A stretch of 63,750 nucleotides of DNA from Octopus bimaculoides (GCF_001194135.2 NC_068991.1:41823389-41887138), one strand, 5' to 3'. Shown: positions 36,943-50,290, numbered from the stretch's first letter. Notes: generated by a model from the letters alone, not told the origin. Made by a program: numbers and translations.

Positions 36943-38429
36943 GTGAGAATTAAATTAATATGCACTCCTGAAACATTCTTATAATAAAATATTGGTGTGT
37001 GTAGACACGGTGGTTTGATTTGAAAACTACAAGAATTGTTCACCATAGATACACAACATGACTACCATTTTTGTGATACACTAACAATTCATTTAGTTTT
37101 GAGACTCGTCATCACCACCATTTAGCTCAGCTCTCAAAATACTTAACCTAGAAACATCCCAAAGACATCAGGAACTCTGAATGACGATTCAATGTGCGCT
37201 GCATTCCTCGAATTCAATTTGCTTTTTATTGATTTTCATAGGTTCTTGAGCTAAAATCTTCAGTTTTAGGTTTTTGTTTACATTCCTGTTTGTACCTGTT
37301 TTACTTCACATACATTACTTAAGCCCTTTGATTGTGGCAACAAAAACAATGTAGAATCTCCCTTCTATCGTTTTTTTTTTTTGTATCTAACATCGTAAAG
37401 GGAATTTATTTTTGTTCCATTGAAGCCACACCTAATAAAAATGCTTGCCAATGCCATTTGAAGTTTACAGCACTTCTCGATTACTTACTTGCATTCTTGA
37501 TAAGAAACACGCCATTCTTCTTCTTTCACCAGAATCATATCTTTGTTTTGTACCTTCTCAAAACGAATTCGACTCTTGTCAGTCTTTTCTTACTACTTAC
37601 TCTTTTTGTTTTGTATTTTTTTCAGCATGAAATACAAATGAATGGAAAAGAACTGAAAAACCAACAAACAAAATAAATTACTTACTTAGATTACATGACC
37701 CACCCATCTTGGAATTATGAAATGTAGATTACCATATGATAGTAGTTCTAGAGAATGCTCTCGCTTATTAATACATGTCTGAGCAGAAATTGCCTTAACA
37801 TAGCTCTTGACATCCAGCTAAATGATTCATGTTTCTGTAAATTGCCGAGCAAGCACCGTAAAGTATGCGACTCAGTTTCGATTCCTCGGTATGTAACAGT
37901 TGTAGTTACGCAACTGGAGATCATATCCGAAGTGCATACCTGGAAAGATATGAATGTCATGACATTTCATTATTCTGTTACACACGCGAGCGCGTATTAT
38001 ATTTGAAAAAGGATTTCTTAAATTAGCAGTAATTAACTATATTAAAAAAATCTTTAATAACAGATTAACACAGCCACGATGGAAGGAAACTGCTTTGTTT
38101 TTATATACATAAATAATTGTTAATTTAAGAAAACCTTAGTACATTAACAGTCCACATAGTGGTCTCCTTTATATATACATATACAATAATCCTTTGAGAT
38201 CTCAGATATTTTTTTCTGAATCTCCTTGATTCTTTTAATGTGCTTTTTCCCTGGTATTAAATTGATATTAATTAATATCCAATTTTTTACCCTACTGTTT
38301 TAATTTATATATATATATATATATATATATNNNNNNNNNNNNNNNNNNNNNNNNNNNNNNNNNNNNNNNNNNNNNNNNNNNNNNNNNNNNNNNNNNNNNN
38401 NNNNNNNNNNNNNNNNNNNNNNNNNNNNN

Positions 38430-38471
<42 letters not shown>

Positions 38472-40269
38472 TGCAATTTCGGTGGCTAGTATTGAAGAGT
38501 AGAATTATGCCTCACCAGAGCCGAAAATCCAATTTCTGTTCTTAAGTGATGAAATTTAAATCTTACTTCATTTTTGTATTTGGTGTGCAAAATTATTGAC
38601 ATGAATTCGTGTGTTGAAACAAATCTTGTTGTGGCTAGGGAGGGTCATTTTGCAAAAAATAATAACATCTGCATTGGTTCTATGCCACTTCTCTATTGTT
38701 GGTCAATTTGTTAAATATCTTGATTGTTTAACCAACGCATTAAACAAACGATCGATTAGTTAGTTGGTTAGATATTTAACTAATTGACTAACAATAGAGA
38801 AGAGATATTGAATCAGTACGTGTATTATTATTGGCGTAATGACCTCCCAAGACAACAACCAATGATCATAAATGGTACTCGTTTATAAATGTGAGCGTCT
38901 TATACTAATGTAAAGAAATAAGTATTGATTCCTTTCTTTTAGCACACTGTAAGAATGTTTTCTCATAGTGTTATACTTGATCACAGTTACTTATTTCATT
39001 GACTCTGGAAAAATATGAAGGACAAAAATCAATTTGAAAGGTTGTGAATTCAGAATATGAATAGACTTTTATAGCCTATCATTTGTCGCCTTATGTTACA
39101 AATATAAATATTACTATAAATAAGTGGCAAATACGAAATGGCAACGGTAAACTTCTGGAAAACTTAATCTACGACCTAGTTCCTATTCCTTATTGAAGCA
39201 ATCTTACATTATCTCTTGAGTTAGGAACATTTTCTCCTCAAATCTGTTAATATATGCGTGTAATCTCTATGGTAATAAGTGGAAACTCGCAACGGAGCGA
39301 GCGGACAGCAAGAGAAATCTTCAGCGGATGAATTCCCATTGAGTTCCCATGAAGCAAGTGTTAGTGTTTCGGCTCGTTAGTTCCTGACACTTTAAGGGAG
39401 CCAAGCCCACCTAGGTCATGATTCCTAGATGTTGCTGTTTCTGAAATACTACCTTAGTGGGAATTAAACTCAGAACCTTATTTCTTTGAAGTCTGGTGTA
39501 TATCGCTCGGCCACGACAAGAACTCGTACTGTAGATCTATTTCATCCCTTTTTTTTTTTTGCTTTTTGTTTCACTAAATTTTATTTGATATTTCGTTGGT
39601 GGTTTATAACAGAAATACATGGTTGAACTGAATGAGGTTTACAATTATGAACAAATGACTAAGATATCAAGAAACAAAAGTCCCACAATATATATTTTGG
39701 CACGTGATCCTTTACATTTGTTGTTACTTCATTTTTATTCTGTTTAGAATTTTAGCGCGACTCACAGTGAAGTATTATTCTTGGATATGAGCATGTGCTG
39801 CTATTGCTGCAACACACACTCAAACATCCTCGATCACGTCAAGAAAAAGGTCACATGACTGAATGGTAGAAAGNNNNNNNNNNNNNNNNNNNNNNNNNNN
39901 NNNNNNNNNNNNNNNNNNNNNNNNNNNNNNNNNNNNNNNNNNNNNNNNNNNNNNNNNNNNNNNNNNNNNNNNNNNNNNNNNNNNNNNNNNNNNNNNNNNN
40001 NNNNNNNNNNNNNNNNNNNNNNNNNNNNNNNNNNNNNNNNNNNNNNNNNNNNNNNNNNNNNNNNNNNNNNNNNNNNNNNNNNNNNNNNNNNNNNNNNNNN
40101 NNNNNNNNNNNNNNNNNNNNNNNNNNNNNNNNNNNNNNNNNNNNNNNNNNNNNNNNNNNNNNNNNNNNNNNNNNNNNNNNNNNNNNNNNNNNNNNNNNNN
40201 NNNNNNNAGAGAGAGGGCAAGAGCCTATTAATAAAAAAAAAACATCCACTTGTATATTTGCCAATAAGG

Positions 40270-41300
40270 TGGATATATTCAATCGAAATGTACAATACTA
40301 TATATCCATTATGGTCGATCTTATCAATCGGTTCTGTACTGGCGGTTCAACGATATGTTAGATAACAGGCCGATTATGTAACCCTGCCCTCTTCAGAGTT
40401 GTCAGTTGTGGAAGAAAATGTGCTGACGGCTCTCTTTCGTCGGAGGTGAAAAAACACATCCGGGTTGTGGTTGCTATAAAAAAAAAAGATGAAACAAACT
40501 GAGCAAGTCAAGAATTATGTTCGTTGGCACTAACGGCCTCTGGGGTGTTGCAAGGTTACTAAAGTTTTCTGGAAATGTATGAACGGTTTAGGAGTTGTTA
40601 TTCGTTTAGGGTTGGAGTGCGTGTAGTGGTATGTAGCGCTTTTGGCGGGAATGAGGTTGCTGGGAGGATGCTCAAAGGACGCATAAGTGCCTGTGTTCGT
40701 TTGTGCGTGTTTTGTTTATGTTTTGGTTAAATTCTTTGGAGTATTTTTGTATGTACGGAATGTGTGTAGGGCTATTGTATGTATGGAGGTGTATATTGAG
40801 AGAAACGGGGGTGGTGTTGGACGGATGTCTACGCATGTTAGGGCACGTATGTATCTGTGATCTCGTTTGTATGTGTTTTGGTTAAATTCTTTGTCGGGTT
40901 CCCAGGTTTTGGTGGTGGAAAAGTCGATGGAGAACTGGTGGTTATATTTGCGATGGGGCACGGATGTATAATAAAATACACTTCCCTTCATGTGGGCAAA
41001 GACTAAAAATTTCACTTCTGTAGCATAGATAGATATCTGGGTGCTGAGAGTTCTTCAATATGGTTCTTTTCTCGGCTAAGCATAATCTGCATTTCCTACT
41101 GCTACTAAAATAAGCTTTGCAGTTGTCTAACACTTTCTATTTTATGTTGCGTTCCGTAGCGATCTCTTTCACGATCAGCCATAATGGATGTATAAAACTA
41201 TACACTTTGATTAATATATATATTACTTTGTTGCTGAATTTGGATGTTAATTTAAACGTCAAACCATTACTCTATCCACAACACATTGCAATATTTCCCT
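40270..41300 (-). mobile_element. Penelope-like element 3' part (GIY-YIG C-terminus plus 3' region)
   Basis: KVLDNCKAYFSSSRKCRLCLAEKRTILKN...RSEIFSLCPHEGK. A 20-bp direct repeat TGTTTTGGTTAAATTCTTTG occurs at 40719 and 40874. Confidence 0.8.
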
Positions 41301-41333
41301 AATGTCTATTTTTTTCTTTTTATTCTCTCACAG

Positions 41334-41367
41334 GAGTTTTAATCCGTCTGTTTGGCTCTGTGTGAAG
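41334..41367 (+). other. Candidate 34-nt exon (phase 2-0)
   Basis: TTTTTTTCTTTTTATTCTCTCACAG|...GTGAAG|GTAAGA. Only open frame: SFNPSVWLCVK. Confidence 0.4.
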
Positions 41368-41872
41368 GTAAGAACCAAACCATTGCTATAGTTAAATTGG
41401 CTGTTATTTTTAGGATTCTTAGGATTAAGATTTTAAAGATCAGTAGTGATGATACGGATGACGCCTTTATTGCTTTTACTGTTAAAGTTTCTGTTACTAC
41501 TGTAGTCATCGTTGTTATTTAAATCACTATTTTTTTCCCTGCAATTGTTGCTGGTGTTATTTTTGCTGTTGTTATTGTTGTTATTAACCCACTCAAATTA
41601 CTTTCTCTTGTAAAAGATAAAGCTGCTGTAACATTTGACCTTCTTGTGTGTTTCTAATACTTTCCAATAAAATTCCTGACGTCTGTGACGAGAAAAAGAT
41701 GGTGGGAGATTTTGATATTAAAGCAAAAATAAAGAAAATATGATTTCGATTAGTGGTGGTACCATAATCATGTGCTGTAGATTAGGGTTAGAAATGTTAA
41801 TCTGCTGTGTTGAAAAGAGATACGTTTATCGTGGACAAAGTTTACTAACACACGCGCACGCACACACACACA

Positions 41873-41908
<36 letters not shown>

Positions 41909-41910
41909 CA

Positions 41911-41944
<34 letters not shown>

Positions 41945-42079
41945 ATGGCAAAGATGGTTGATATGAAGAGAGATAACGTAAGTGTTCGTAGTGTAAAACG
42001 TTACATCACAGACCGAAACTTGATCAGAGTCAGAGAGGGAACCTTTCAAATGAACATATTTTTTTTTAATGTTATCTGT

Positions 42080-42284
42080 AAGGTTAAGAAGTTCGCTTCG
42101 CAGTCACGTGTTTTGGGTTTCGATCCCACCATGCAGCTCTTTGAGGAAGTGTGTTGCCCTTTAGCCTCGAGTTGGCCAGTCTCTTATAAGTGGAATTCGG
42201 CAGATGGAAACTATGCAGGAAAAGATATTTACATAGAGTATTATTTTAAGGAGAATTCATGTAAAGTCTTTTCCATTATATGTA

Positions 42285-42324
<40 letters not shown>

Positions 42325-42600
42325 TCTGTGTGGTGTGTGTGTCTGTATGTGAGAGAAAGAGATGGGTGGGAGGAGAATACGGGTGTGTTTCTGTTTATGT
42401 TTACAGTGAATTGAAAAATCAGTGATCTTTGTATTCCTTTATGGCAGGAAATTTAGTAGTTTGACAAATAGATGCGGAAAAGATTGGTAGCATACTGAAA
42501 TAGGTACTGGGATCGATATAATCGACTAAATCTTTGAGGAAATACCCCAGTTTCGCCGTAGTCCAATAACTCAAAGCAACGAAAGAATAAAAGAATAAAT
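42080..42600 (+). mobile_element. Degenerate CORE-like SINE split by a (GT)n tract
   Basis: GGGTTTCGATCCCACC...GGCAGATGGAAACT, then ...AGTTTGACAAATAGATGCGG...AGGTACT...GCCGTAGTCCAATAACTCAAAGC, homologous to 3737-4130. Confidence 0.6.
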
Positions 42601-42778
42601 CTGGGCTCAGTTATTAATCAACATTAAACGACAGCAATAGTAATCGTAACAACAGTAGGAACATATTGGTTTATTTTAGTATGGCACACAGGCTTCATCC
42701 GTGAGCTATACGGGTTTTGGACAGAAAAACTCGAAAAAATCTTTGAATGTCTTACGACACCATAATCTCTTTCAACAG

Positions 42779-42807
42779 CGCACAAACCCAATAGCTATAG
42801 TTATAAG
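42779..42807 (+). other. Candidate 29-nt exon
   Basis: AATCTCTTTCAACAG|...TATAAG|GTAAGT. Open frames: RTNPIAIVI (phase 0-2) or HKPNSYSYK (phase 1-0). Confidence 0.4.
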
Positions 42808-43317
42808 GTAAGTTTTGTACAATCTCCACACAGGAGAATACACTATTTAAACCCTAACATTCATTCCTAATATCAGTCAAGTTAATATCATCGCAGTCGT
42901 CGTATCACTCGACTAGACAATTGGATGTTGTTATACGCCGTTGATCACAATGTGCTTCCAATTCTTATTTGATTGCGCCCCTTCTTTTCCAATCGTTTAA
43001 CTAAAATCTCTCTTCGTCGTCGTGATGGCCTTCGGCAACTGTACGGATCCAAATGGTCTCTGTGAACCAAGGACAAGTCTGGCTCAGTGGAAACTTGTCC
43101 TTTCGGTATTCTGCAATCACGTCGTTCACTCTGTTTACGGAGTGAACAATATAGTTAACGCAGTGTGTAGAAAATGTAATGTAACTAATTAATTAATCAA
43201 TATATTTATTAATCAATAATACTCGGCCGGTGAAGAGAAGGAAGAATTAGCTTAATGTCTGATTTTATTTCAGTGTGATCTTGGCAAGTATGAACGACAA
43301 TCCAGGAGCAAGATATT

Positions 43318-43481
43318 CTTTTCTACTGTAGGCACAAAACCCGAAAGTTTTGGGGAGGGATCCAGTCGATTAGATCGACTCCAGTACACAACTGGCACTT
43401 AATTTATCGACTCCGAAAGGAGGAAAGGCAAAGTCGACTCGGCGGAATTTGAACTCAGAACGTAAAGACAGACGCCGCCTT
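43318..43481 (-). mobile_element. Internally deleted tRNA-derived SINE with perfect 15-bp TSD
   Basis: CAGGAGCAAGATATT at 43303-43317 and 43482-43496. Confidence 0.9.
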
Positions 43482-43603
43482 CAGGAGCAAGATATTAAGA
43501 TCACTTCTTTACATTGTACTGCACTAAATCACTACATTACACATGAAAAAATGCGGCTAAGCATTTTGTGCAGCTTGCCTTAATAATAGTAATAATAATA
43601 ATG

Positions 43604-43680
<77 letters not shown>

Positions 43681-43685
43681 AATAA

Positions 43686-44493
43686 GGCTAAACTAAATGC
43701 AAAAGAAATAGACAGAGGAAAATCCCAGCAATGGTTGAGAAGCTCAGGACTCAAAGCAGAGACTGAAGGATTTTTAATTGCTCCACAAGACCAAAGCCTC
43801 CCCACCAGAAATTACCAAAAACATATAATGAAAAGAAACATAACAAGTAACTGTAGAATATGTGGAGATGGACAAGAAACAATAAATCATATTATCTCTG
43901 GCTGCCCAGTCCTGGCTAAGAAGGAATATATTCACAGACACGACAGAGCTGGGACCTATATACACTGGAAGCTNNNNNNNNNNNNNNNNNNNNNNNNNNN
44001 NNNNNNNNNNNNNNNNNNNNNNNNNNNNNNNNNNNNNNNNNNNNNNNNNNNNNNNNNNNNNNNNNNNNNNNNNNNNNNNNNNNNNNNNNNNNNNNNNNNN
44101 NNNNNNNNNNNNNNNNNNNNNNNNNNNNNNNNNNNNNNNNNNNNNNNNNNNNNNNNNNNNNNNNNNNNNNNNNNNNNNNNNNNNNNNNNNNNNNNNNNNN
44201 NNNNNNNNNNNNNNNNNNNNNNNNNNNNNNNNNNNNNNNNNNNNNNNNNNNNNNNNNNNNNNNNNNNNNNNNNNNNNNNNNNNNNNNNNNNNNNNNNNNN
44301 NNNNNNNNNNNNNNNNNNNNNNNNNNNNNNNNNNNNNNNNNNNNNNNNNNNNNNNNNNNNNNNNNNNNNNNNNNNNNNNNNNNNNNNNNNNNNNNNNNNN
44401 NNCATCACAGCAAACCACAGCACATACCCAAGGCACACAGAGCTGCGCTCGGTAGCGAAGTGAAAGCACGCTATAAAAATAAAACTACTGAAC
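43686..44493 (+). mobile_element. Young 5'-truncated Dong/R4-like LINE in (TAA)n
   Basis: WLRSSGLKAETEGFLIAPQDQSLPTRNY...CRICGDGQETINHIISGC...HRHD (CCHC plus RHD). 3' end GAAAGCACG.TATAAAAATAAAACTACTGAAC followed by (AAT)n. (TAA)n on both sides. Confidence 0.92.
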
Positions 44494-44519
44494 AATAATA
44501 ATAATAATAATAATAATAA

Positions 44520-45537
44520 GGGTGAAGTTTTTCCGGTCTTTCATGTTTTTCAACAAGTTTCAGCATCCAATCGTTGGTTGTTTCAAGGTATTTGGCCAGT
44601 CCGATTGTGGTGGTTTTGTACGTAAGTTCAAGCTGGATCAAGCCTCGACCTCAGTGAGCTCCGGGAAGGTAAAAACGATCCACATCTGCCTTCGGATGGT
44701 GCATCTTATTATAAGTCAGTAGTTTGCGGATTTTCCTATCAATTTTCATTATTTCACTGGTATTCCAGTTAAACACATTGAAATTATAAAGAATAACTGG
44801 GACTGCTAAGGAATTTATGACTAGCACCTTATTATATGCATTCAGCTCAGACTTCAGAACTGCTCGAACTCTTCTTTATCATTCTTTCCTAACCTTCTCT
44901 CTGAAAGACAGCAAAACTTCGCACTGATCTCTTAGATACCTACCAGATTGATCAGGCTGAAGGAAATGCGCCATCTGCTGTTGCAAAGAAAATAAAATTA
45001 TTTGCAAAGACAAAAGCACATGAAAAATTAGCTAGCAGATGGGAACAGAAACCTCTGTATGGCAAGTATGTGGCTCGTAGCAAACAAGCTGATGTCGACC
45101 AGAAACACGCATCAATGGTTACGAAGCTCAAGGCTAAAAGCAGAGAGTGAAGGTTTCATATTAGCTGCTCAAGACCAAAGCTTGTTAATCCGGAACTACC
45201 AAGCCAATGTGATAAAAAATGGAGCTGACCCAAAATTCCGATTCTGTAACGATGAGATTGAAACTATAGATCACCTAATCTCAGGTGGTAGAGTCTTAGC
45301 ACCGGTAGAATATAAAGCAAGACATGACAGAGTTGACCAGTATTTACACTGAACAATATGTCAGCATTATAAAATCAAAACCGCTGACAAATGGTATAAA
45401 TACCATCCTAAAGCTGTGACTGAGGGAGAAAATGTGTCGATTCTCTGGGACTTCCCCGTACATACCGACAAAACTATAAAAGCTAATAAACCGGTGTTTA
45501 TTAATTGACATGAGTATTCCTTGCGATCACAATATAG
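44520..45537. mobile_element. R4-like LINE with 5' inversion (minus-strand 44520-~44941, plus-strand ~44942-45537)
   Basis: Minus: RRVRAVLKSELNAYNKVLVINSLAVPV...HHPKADVDRFY...RGLIQLE...KHERPEKLH. Plus: AKKIK...RWEQKPLYGKY...WLRSSRLKAESEGFILAAQDQSL...ARHD...ILWDFPVHTDKTIKANKP. Confidence 0.85.
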
Positions 45538-45667
45538 CTGGTTCTTATTTTATCGACCCCGAAAGGATGAAAGGCAAAGTCAACCTCGGGGGAATTTGAA
45601 CTATGAACGTAAGGACAGACGAAATGCCGCATAGCATTTTGTCCGGCATGCCTTGGTAATAATAATG

Positions 45668-45732
<65 letters not shown>

Positions 45733-46585
45733 CCTTTCTACTAAAGACACAAAGCCTGAAATTTTAGGGGAGGGGACTAAACGTTTTGCCCGGCGCAGTA
45801 ACGATTCTGTCAGCTCAATAAAAATAATAACATTAAAACATTTTAATATAGATATTGTAAGATTTGTGACATTCTTTCTCTGTATGTGGATTAAGAAATG
45901 ATAAAATTGTCAAAAATGAGAGCTGTAATATCTCATACAAATTTTAGGACATAGTCTCCGATTACAAAAGAAATAAAATCTTACAGAAAAAGTTGTGGGA
46001 TGAAAAATGATCGTATTAAACTTGGGTTCAATGGCACATAGCCTCAAAGACAGAAGTCCATTTTGACAACTGAATTCCAGAGCTTTTATAATTTCTTTTC
46101 TACTCTAGGCACAAGGCTCGAAATTTTGGGGGAGGGGGTTAGTCGATTAGATCGACCCCAGTACTCAACTGGTACTTAATTTATCGACCCCGAAAGGATG
46201 AAAGGCAAAGTCAACCACGGCGGAATTTGAACTCAGAACGTAAAGAGCTTTTATGACTTCGCCAGAAAGTCCTAGAACGTTTTATGGGGCCTTTAAGTGC
46301 GAAAATTAAACTATTTTTTCCCTCTGTTACTGTCAATCAAAAACTGACATCGAAGATATTTCGCTCGGAGAATATATCAGCTGGCATTATAACAAAGTTG
46401 AAGAATATAGTCAAAATATATGGTGAATATTACCCACTATAGTAATATATTTATAAGGCGGCGAGCTGGTAGAATCGTTGGCACACCGGGCAATTCCACC
46501 AGGGTTGATTTTCGAAGCTGATAAAATAAGTACCAGTTGGCACTGGGATCGATGTAATCGAATCGACTTGCCAGCTTCCTCAAAA
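45535..46585. mobile_element. Cluster of tRNA-derived SINE pieces (45535-45652 -, 45733-45815 -, 46095-46245 -, 46456-46585 +)
   Basis: Recurrent TCGACCCCGAAAGGATGAAAGGCAAAGTC domain and GGCGGCGAGCTGG head. Confidence 0.85.
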
Positions 46586-47129
46586 TGGAAACCGATGTAT
46601 TTCAATAGTTTAACTTAACATTCTAGGATCTAACTCGAGGAAGGCTATTTACTGCAAATAAAAAAATTGCAGCAAACACATATCTATATTATCACATTTT
46701 ATCATACCCACATATAACTACAGATTTCAACCGAGTCATATCTTCAAATAGATAGTTAACCATGATTACCAGGTAATTCCATTTCTGCAAAACTAATTAT
46801 TTTAAACTGCTGACCTAGAATTTTCAAAGGAATATCTTGGAAAAAATATTGGAGACTTCGAAATATCCCCCCCCCCCATATTGGTTTAACATCTTCCTAT
46901 TCCTGTGAGTGTTGTCAGACACGCACACGCACACGGACCCACACGTACTTTTACCCTGTATCTTTCATTCCCTGCTCCCTCCACTCACTGAAACTTTTCT
47001 ATGAAACTGTTGAGAATGTTGAACATAAAATATATTTAAATGCTGTCTTAGAGAAGTGTGCGTTTTGGTATGTTTATACATACATACATATATACATGTA
47101 TGTACGTATGTATGTATGCATGTATGTAT

Positions 47130-47174
<45 letters not shown>

Positions 47175-47180
<6 letters not shown>

Positions 47181-47760
47181 TCGGCAGAAGGTTCCAGTGC
47201 TCGGATCCCATTGGAGAAGCAGCTTTCATTTTGTTGGTCAAAAAATTCATCAACAGCAGATATGACAACATCACTACTGCGATACCGGTTCCCAGCCAAG
47301 TGTTTTTTCCTGTTGGCGAACAGATGATAATCAGATGGGGCCAAATTACGAGAAGAGGGAGAATGACCAACCATTTCAAAGTTAGTCATGCACAGCAGCC
47401 ACTGAAACCAAGGACTTGTGTGCTGGAGCATTGTCCTGATGAAACAAGACCCCTCTTGTCAGATTTCCTGAGCATTTGATCTTGATAGCCTTTCGTTACT
47501 ACCTCAGCAAGTTGGCATAGTACTCCCCATTGATGGTGTGACCCTTTTGAAGATCTTCGGTGGTGGCAGTTACAGGACCTCCGGATCTCGGCTCATCTTC
47601 AAGACTCTTCCTTTCCCTCCTAAATTCAGCTGCCTACTTTTACGCTGTCGATAAAGCTGGGGCGTCACCTTTTAATGTAGCTACCATGTCAGTATGAATG
47701 TCTTTGTGGGCTAAATAGTACTTGATAACACCACGATGCCAAATTTTGTATTTTGACTGG
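47175..47760 (-). mobile_element. Internally deleted mariner (D,D34D) transposase relic
   Basis: N-terminus KIWHRGVIKY...SLEDEPRSGGP is joined to C-terminus VLFHQDNAPAHK...HSPSSRNLAPSDYHLFANRKKHLAGNRYRS (YSPDLAPSDY-type motif), with frameshifts. Confidence 0.85.
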
Positions 47761-47766
47761 TTCTTA

Positions 47767-47823
47767 TACTATCCGGTCAGCTACTTACTATCCGGCCAGC
47801 TATTTACTATCCGGTCAGCTACT
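47767..47823. repeat. 19-bp tandem repeat, three copies
   Basis: TACTATCCGGTCAGCTACT / TACTATCCGGCCAGCTATT / TACTATCCGGTCAGCTACT. Confidence 0.95.
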
Positions 47824-47957
47824 ATAAAAAGGACTAAAAAAATTTTTATACTTTTAAATTTTAAAATGTGAATCGAGGAGGATTATATTATGTATCTGCT
47901 AACTTACTTAACTACAACAAACGTATGCATTAAATGCATTCTAAATATCAATATTTG

Positions 47958-48669
47958 GGATCTTTTTGGTTTGACGGGCAACATTTTTCATTTATGTTTT
48001 ATGTAGTGTTTTTGGTACCGAAACACTTTCAAACTTCGTATACTTGTATATTTTGTGTTATAGAACAGATAAAAATTTTTGTATTCGAAGTTATTTCATG
48101 TAAAAAGTTGTCATATTTCGGTAATTTCAACCAATCACTGAGGTCTATTGAGGTGAAAACAATTACTGCCGTAAGAATGTAAACAACATTTTCTAACGGT
48201 GTTACGGGATCTTTTCTCTTGAATAAAATTAGTGCCGTTGTTTGTCAACAACTATCCGTGTTACTGTTATTTATGACATCGTTCGTGCGTTTAACCATAA
48301 CTCTAACCCTAACTCTAAAACCCGAACCCTAACCCAAACGCACGAACGATGTTATAAATAACTACCGCCGATAGTTATTGTTGACAAACAACGGCACTAA
48401 TTTTATTCAAAGGAAAAGATCCCTTAACACCGTTAGAATATGTTGTTTACATTATTAAGGCAGTAACTGTATTCAGCTGAATAGACGTCAGTGATTGGTT
48501 GAAATTACACAAATACGACAACTTTAACATGAAATAACTTATTAAGAACTAATTTTTGTTAAGAAGGCTAAGAGAAAAAGATGTTTTATATGACACATTC
48601 TACCAGTATCCCAAGTTTGAAAGTATTTCGTTAAGAAAACAAGTGTTGCCCGTCAAACCAAAAAGATCC
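47958..48669. mobile_element. 712-bp foldback MITE: 26-bp TIR, 8-bp TSD, telomere-like core
   Basis: Perfect TIR GGATCTTTTTGGTTTGACGGGCAACA at both ends. TSD AATATTTG at 47950-57 and 48670-77. Inner palindrome ~48125-48510. Loop of degenerate (TAACCC)n at 48292-48335. Confidence 0.92.
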
Positions 48670-48750
48670 AATATTTGATTTTGTGATTATTCCGATCTGT
48701 GTGTGTGTGTATATGTTTATATGTGTATACGTGCGTGTGCACGCTTTACA

Positions 48751-48812
<62 letters not shown>

Positions 48813-49848
48813 NNNNNNNNNNNNNNNNNNNNNNNNNNNNNNNNNNNNNNNNNNNNNNNNNNNNNNNNNNNNNNNNNNNNNNNNNNNNNNNNNNNNNNNN
48901 NNNNNNNNNNNNNNNNNNNNNNNNNNNNNNNNNNNNNNNNNNNNNNNNNNNNNNNNNNNNNNNNNNNNNNNNNNNNNNNNNNNNNNNNNNNNNNNNNNNN
49001 NNNNNNNNNNNNNNNNNNNNNNNNNNNNNNNNNNNNNNNNNNNNNNNNNNNNNNNNNNNNNNNNNNNNNNNNNNNNNNNNNNNNNNNNNNNNNNNNNNNN
49101 NNNNNNNNNNNNNNNNNNNNNNNNNNNNNNNNNNNNNNNNNNNNNNNTATGAAATTTCTCGCTCATGTCTACTATTATTACGATCACCACCACTACCATA
49201 GCCATCATTACAACCACAACCACCACTTCTATAATCCCCCCCCCCACCACTACCGCATCCACCAGGCAACAACCCGACACAACCACCATCAGTACCACCT
49301 CCATCACATCCATTATAGCAACTATCAACACCGCCTACATAACAACCACCACCATCCTCTCACTACTACTGCCGCTGCCGCCGACATGTCCGCCCTTACA
49401 ACTATCGTTGCCGCTTCAAAAACACCAAGCATTTCTTATCAGTTGGCACGTGTCTTGCTTTAAGCTCTAAATATAAAGCGTGCCTTTGACCTTTCGCTGT
49501 GTTTCCTTCATAGAAACGCTGTCAAAGTACCTATTTCACGTTAATCTAATGTATCTAGGTGTTGTTTAGCTTGAAATCATCCCTCAACCTACCGAGCTAA
49601 GATCAAAAAGTTTTCAATCCGAAATCATTCCATCTTCTATTTTAGCTTTTACTTTTCTCTAGATTATAACATACATTATATCTTTTCTGCTTTTAACTCC
49701 TTTGGTACCATTTTGCTCAAGACTGCTCCAGGTTCTATGATACAAAATTCATGCTCAGAAAGGATGTAAATTGAACAAGTTGATCTATGTTCCAAACACC
49801 AGCTTTTATATATATTTGTTTATCTTTATTTATTTTTTTTTTTTTTCA

Positions 49849-50267
49849 TAGTTTACTTGTTTCACTCATTAGACTGCGGCTACGCTGGGGCACCACCTTG
49901 AAGAATTTTTAATTGAATGAATCGTCCCCAGTACTTATATCCTTTTTTGAGGCCTGATACTTATTCTATCGTTCTCGTTTACCGAACCGCTAAGTTACTG
50001 AGACCCAAACACACCATCAAGTGGTGGCAAGGGACAAATTTTGACACAAAGACAGACGCACACACACACACACACACATACACACACACACACACATACA
50101 TAACTGACGGGCTTCTTTCAGTTTCCGTCCACCAAATACACTCACAAGACTGATCTGCCCGAGGCTATAATAGTAGACACTTGCAGAGGATGTCACGCAG
50201 TGGGACTGAACTAGGAACCATAATGTTGGGAAGCAAGCTTCTTACCACACAGCCACACCAGCACCTA
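49849..50267 (-). mobile_element. CORE-like tRNA-derived SINE
   Basis: Reverse complement of the 3737-4130 family, with an internal (CA)n. Confidence 0.88.
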
Positions 50268-50290
50268 TGTATATGTATATATACATACAT

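Noticed and set aside
37748-38006. Overlapping 70-83 aa ORFs on both strands as genes
   Set aside because: No recognisable domain, and the length is within chance expectation. Used only tentatively in the micro-exon hypothesis.
40300-40397. Hammerhead at the expected place in the Penelope fragment (minus-strand CTGAAGAG...GAAC)
   Set aside because: GAAA is mutated to GAAC and the stems do not pair. At most a dead relic.
48292-48335. True telomere or chromosome end
   Set aside because: Only ~44 bp, degenerate, and internal to a MITE.
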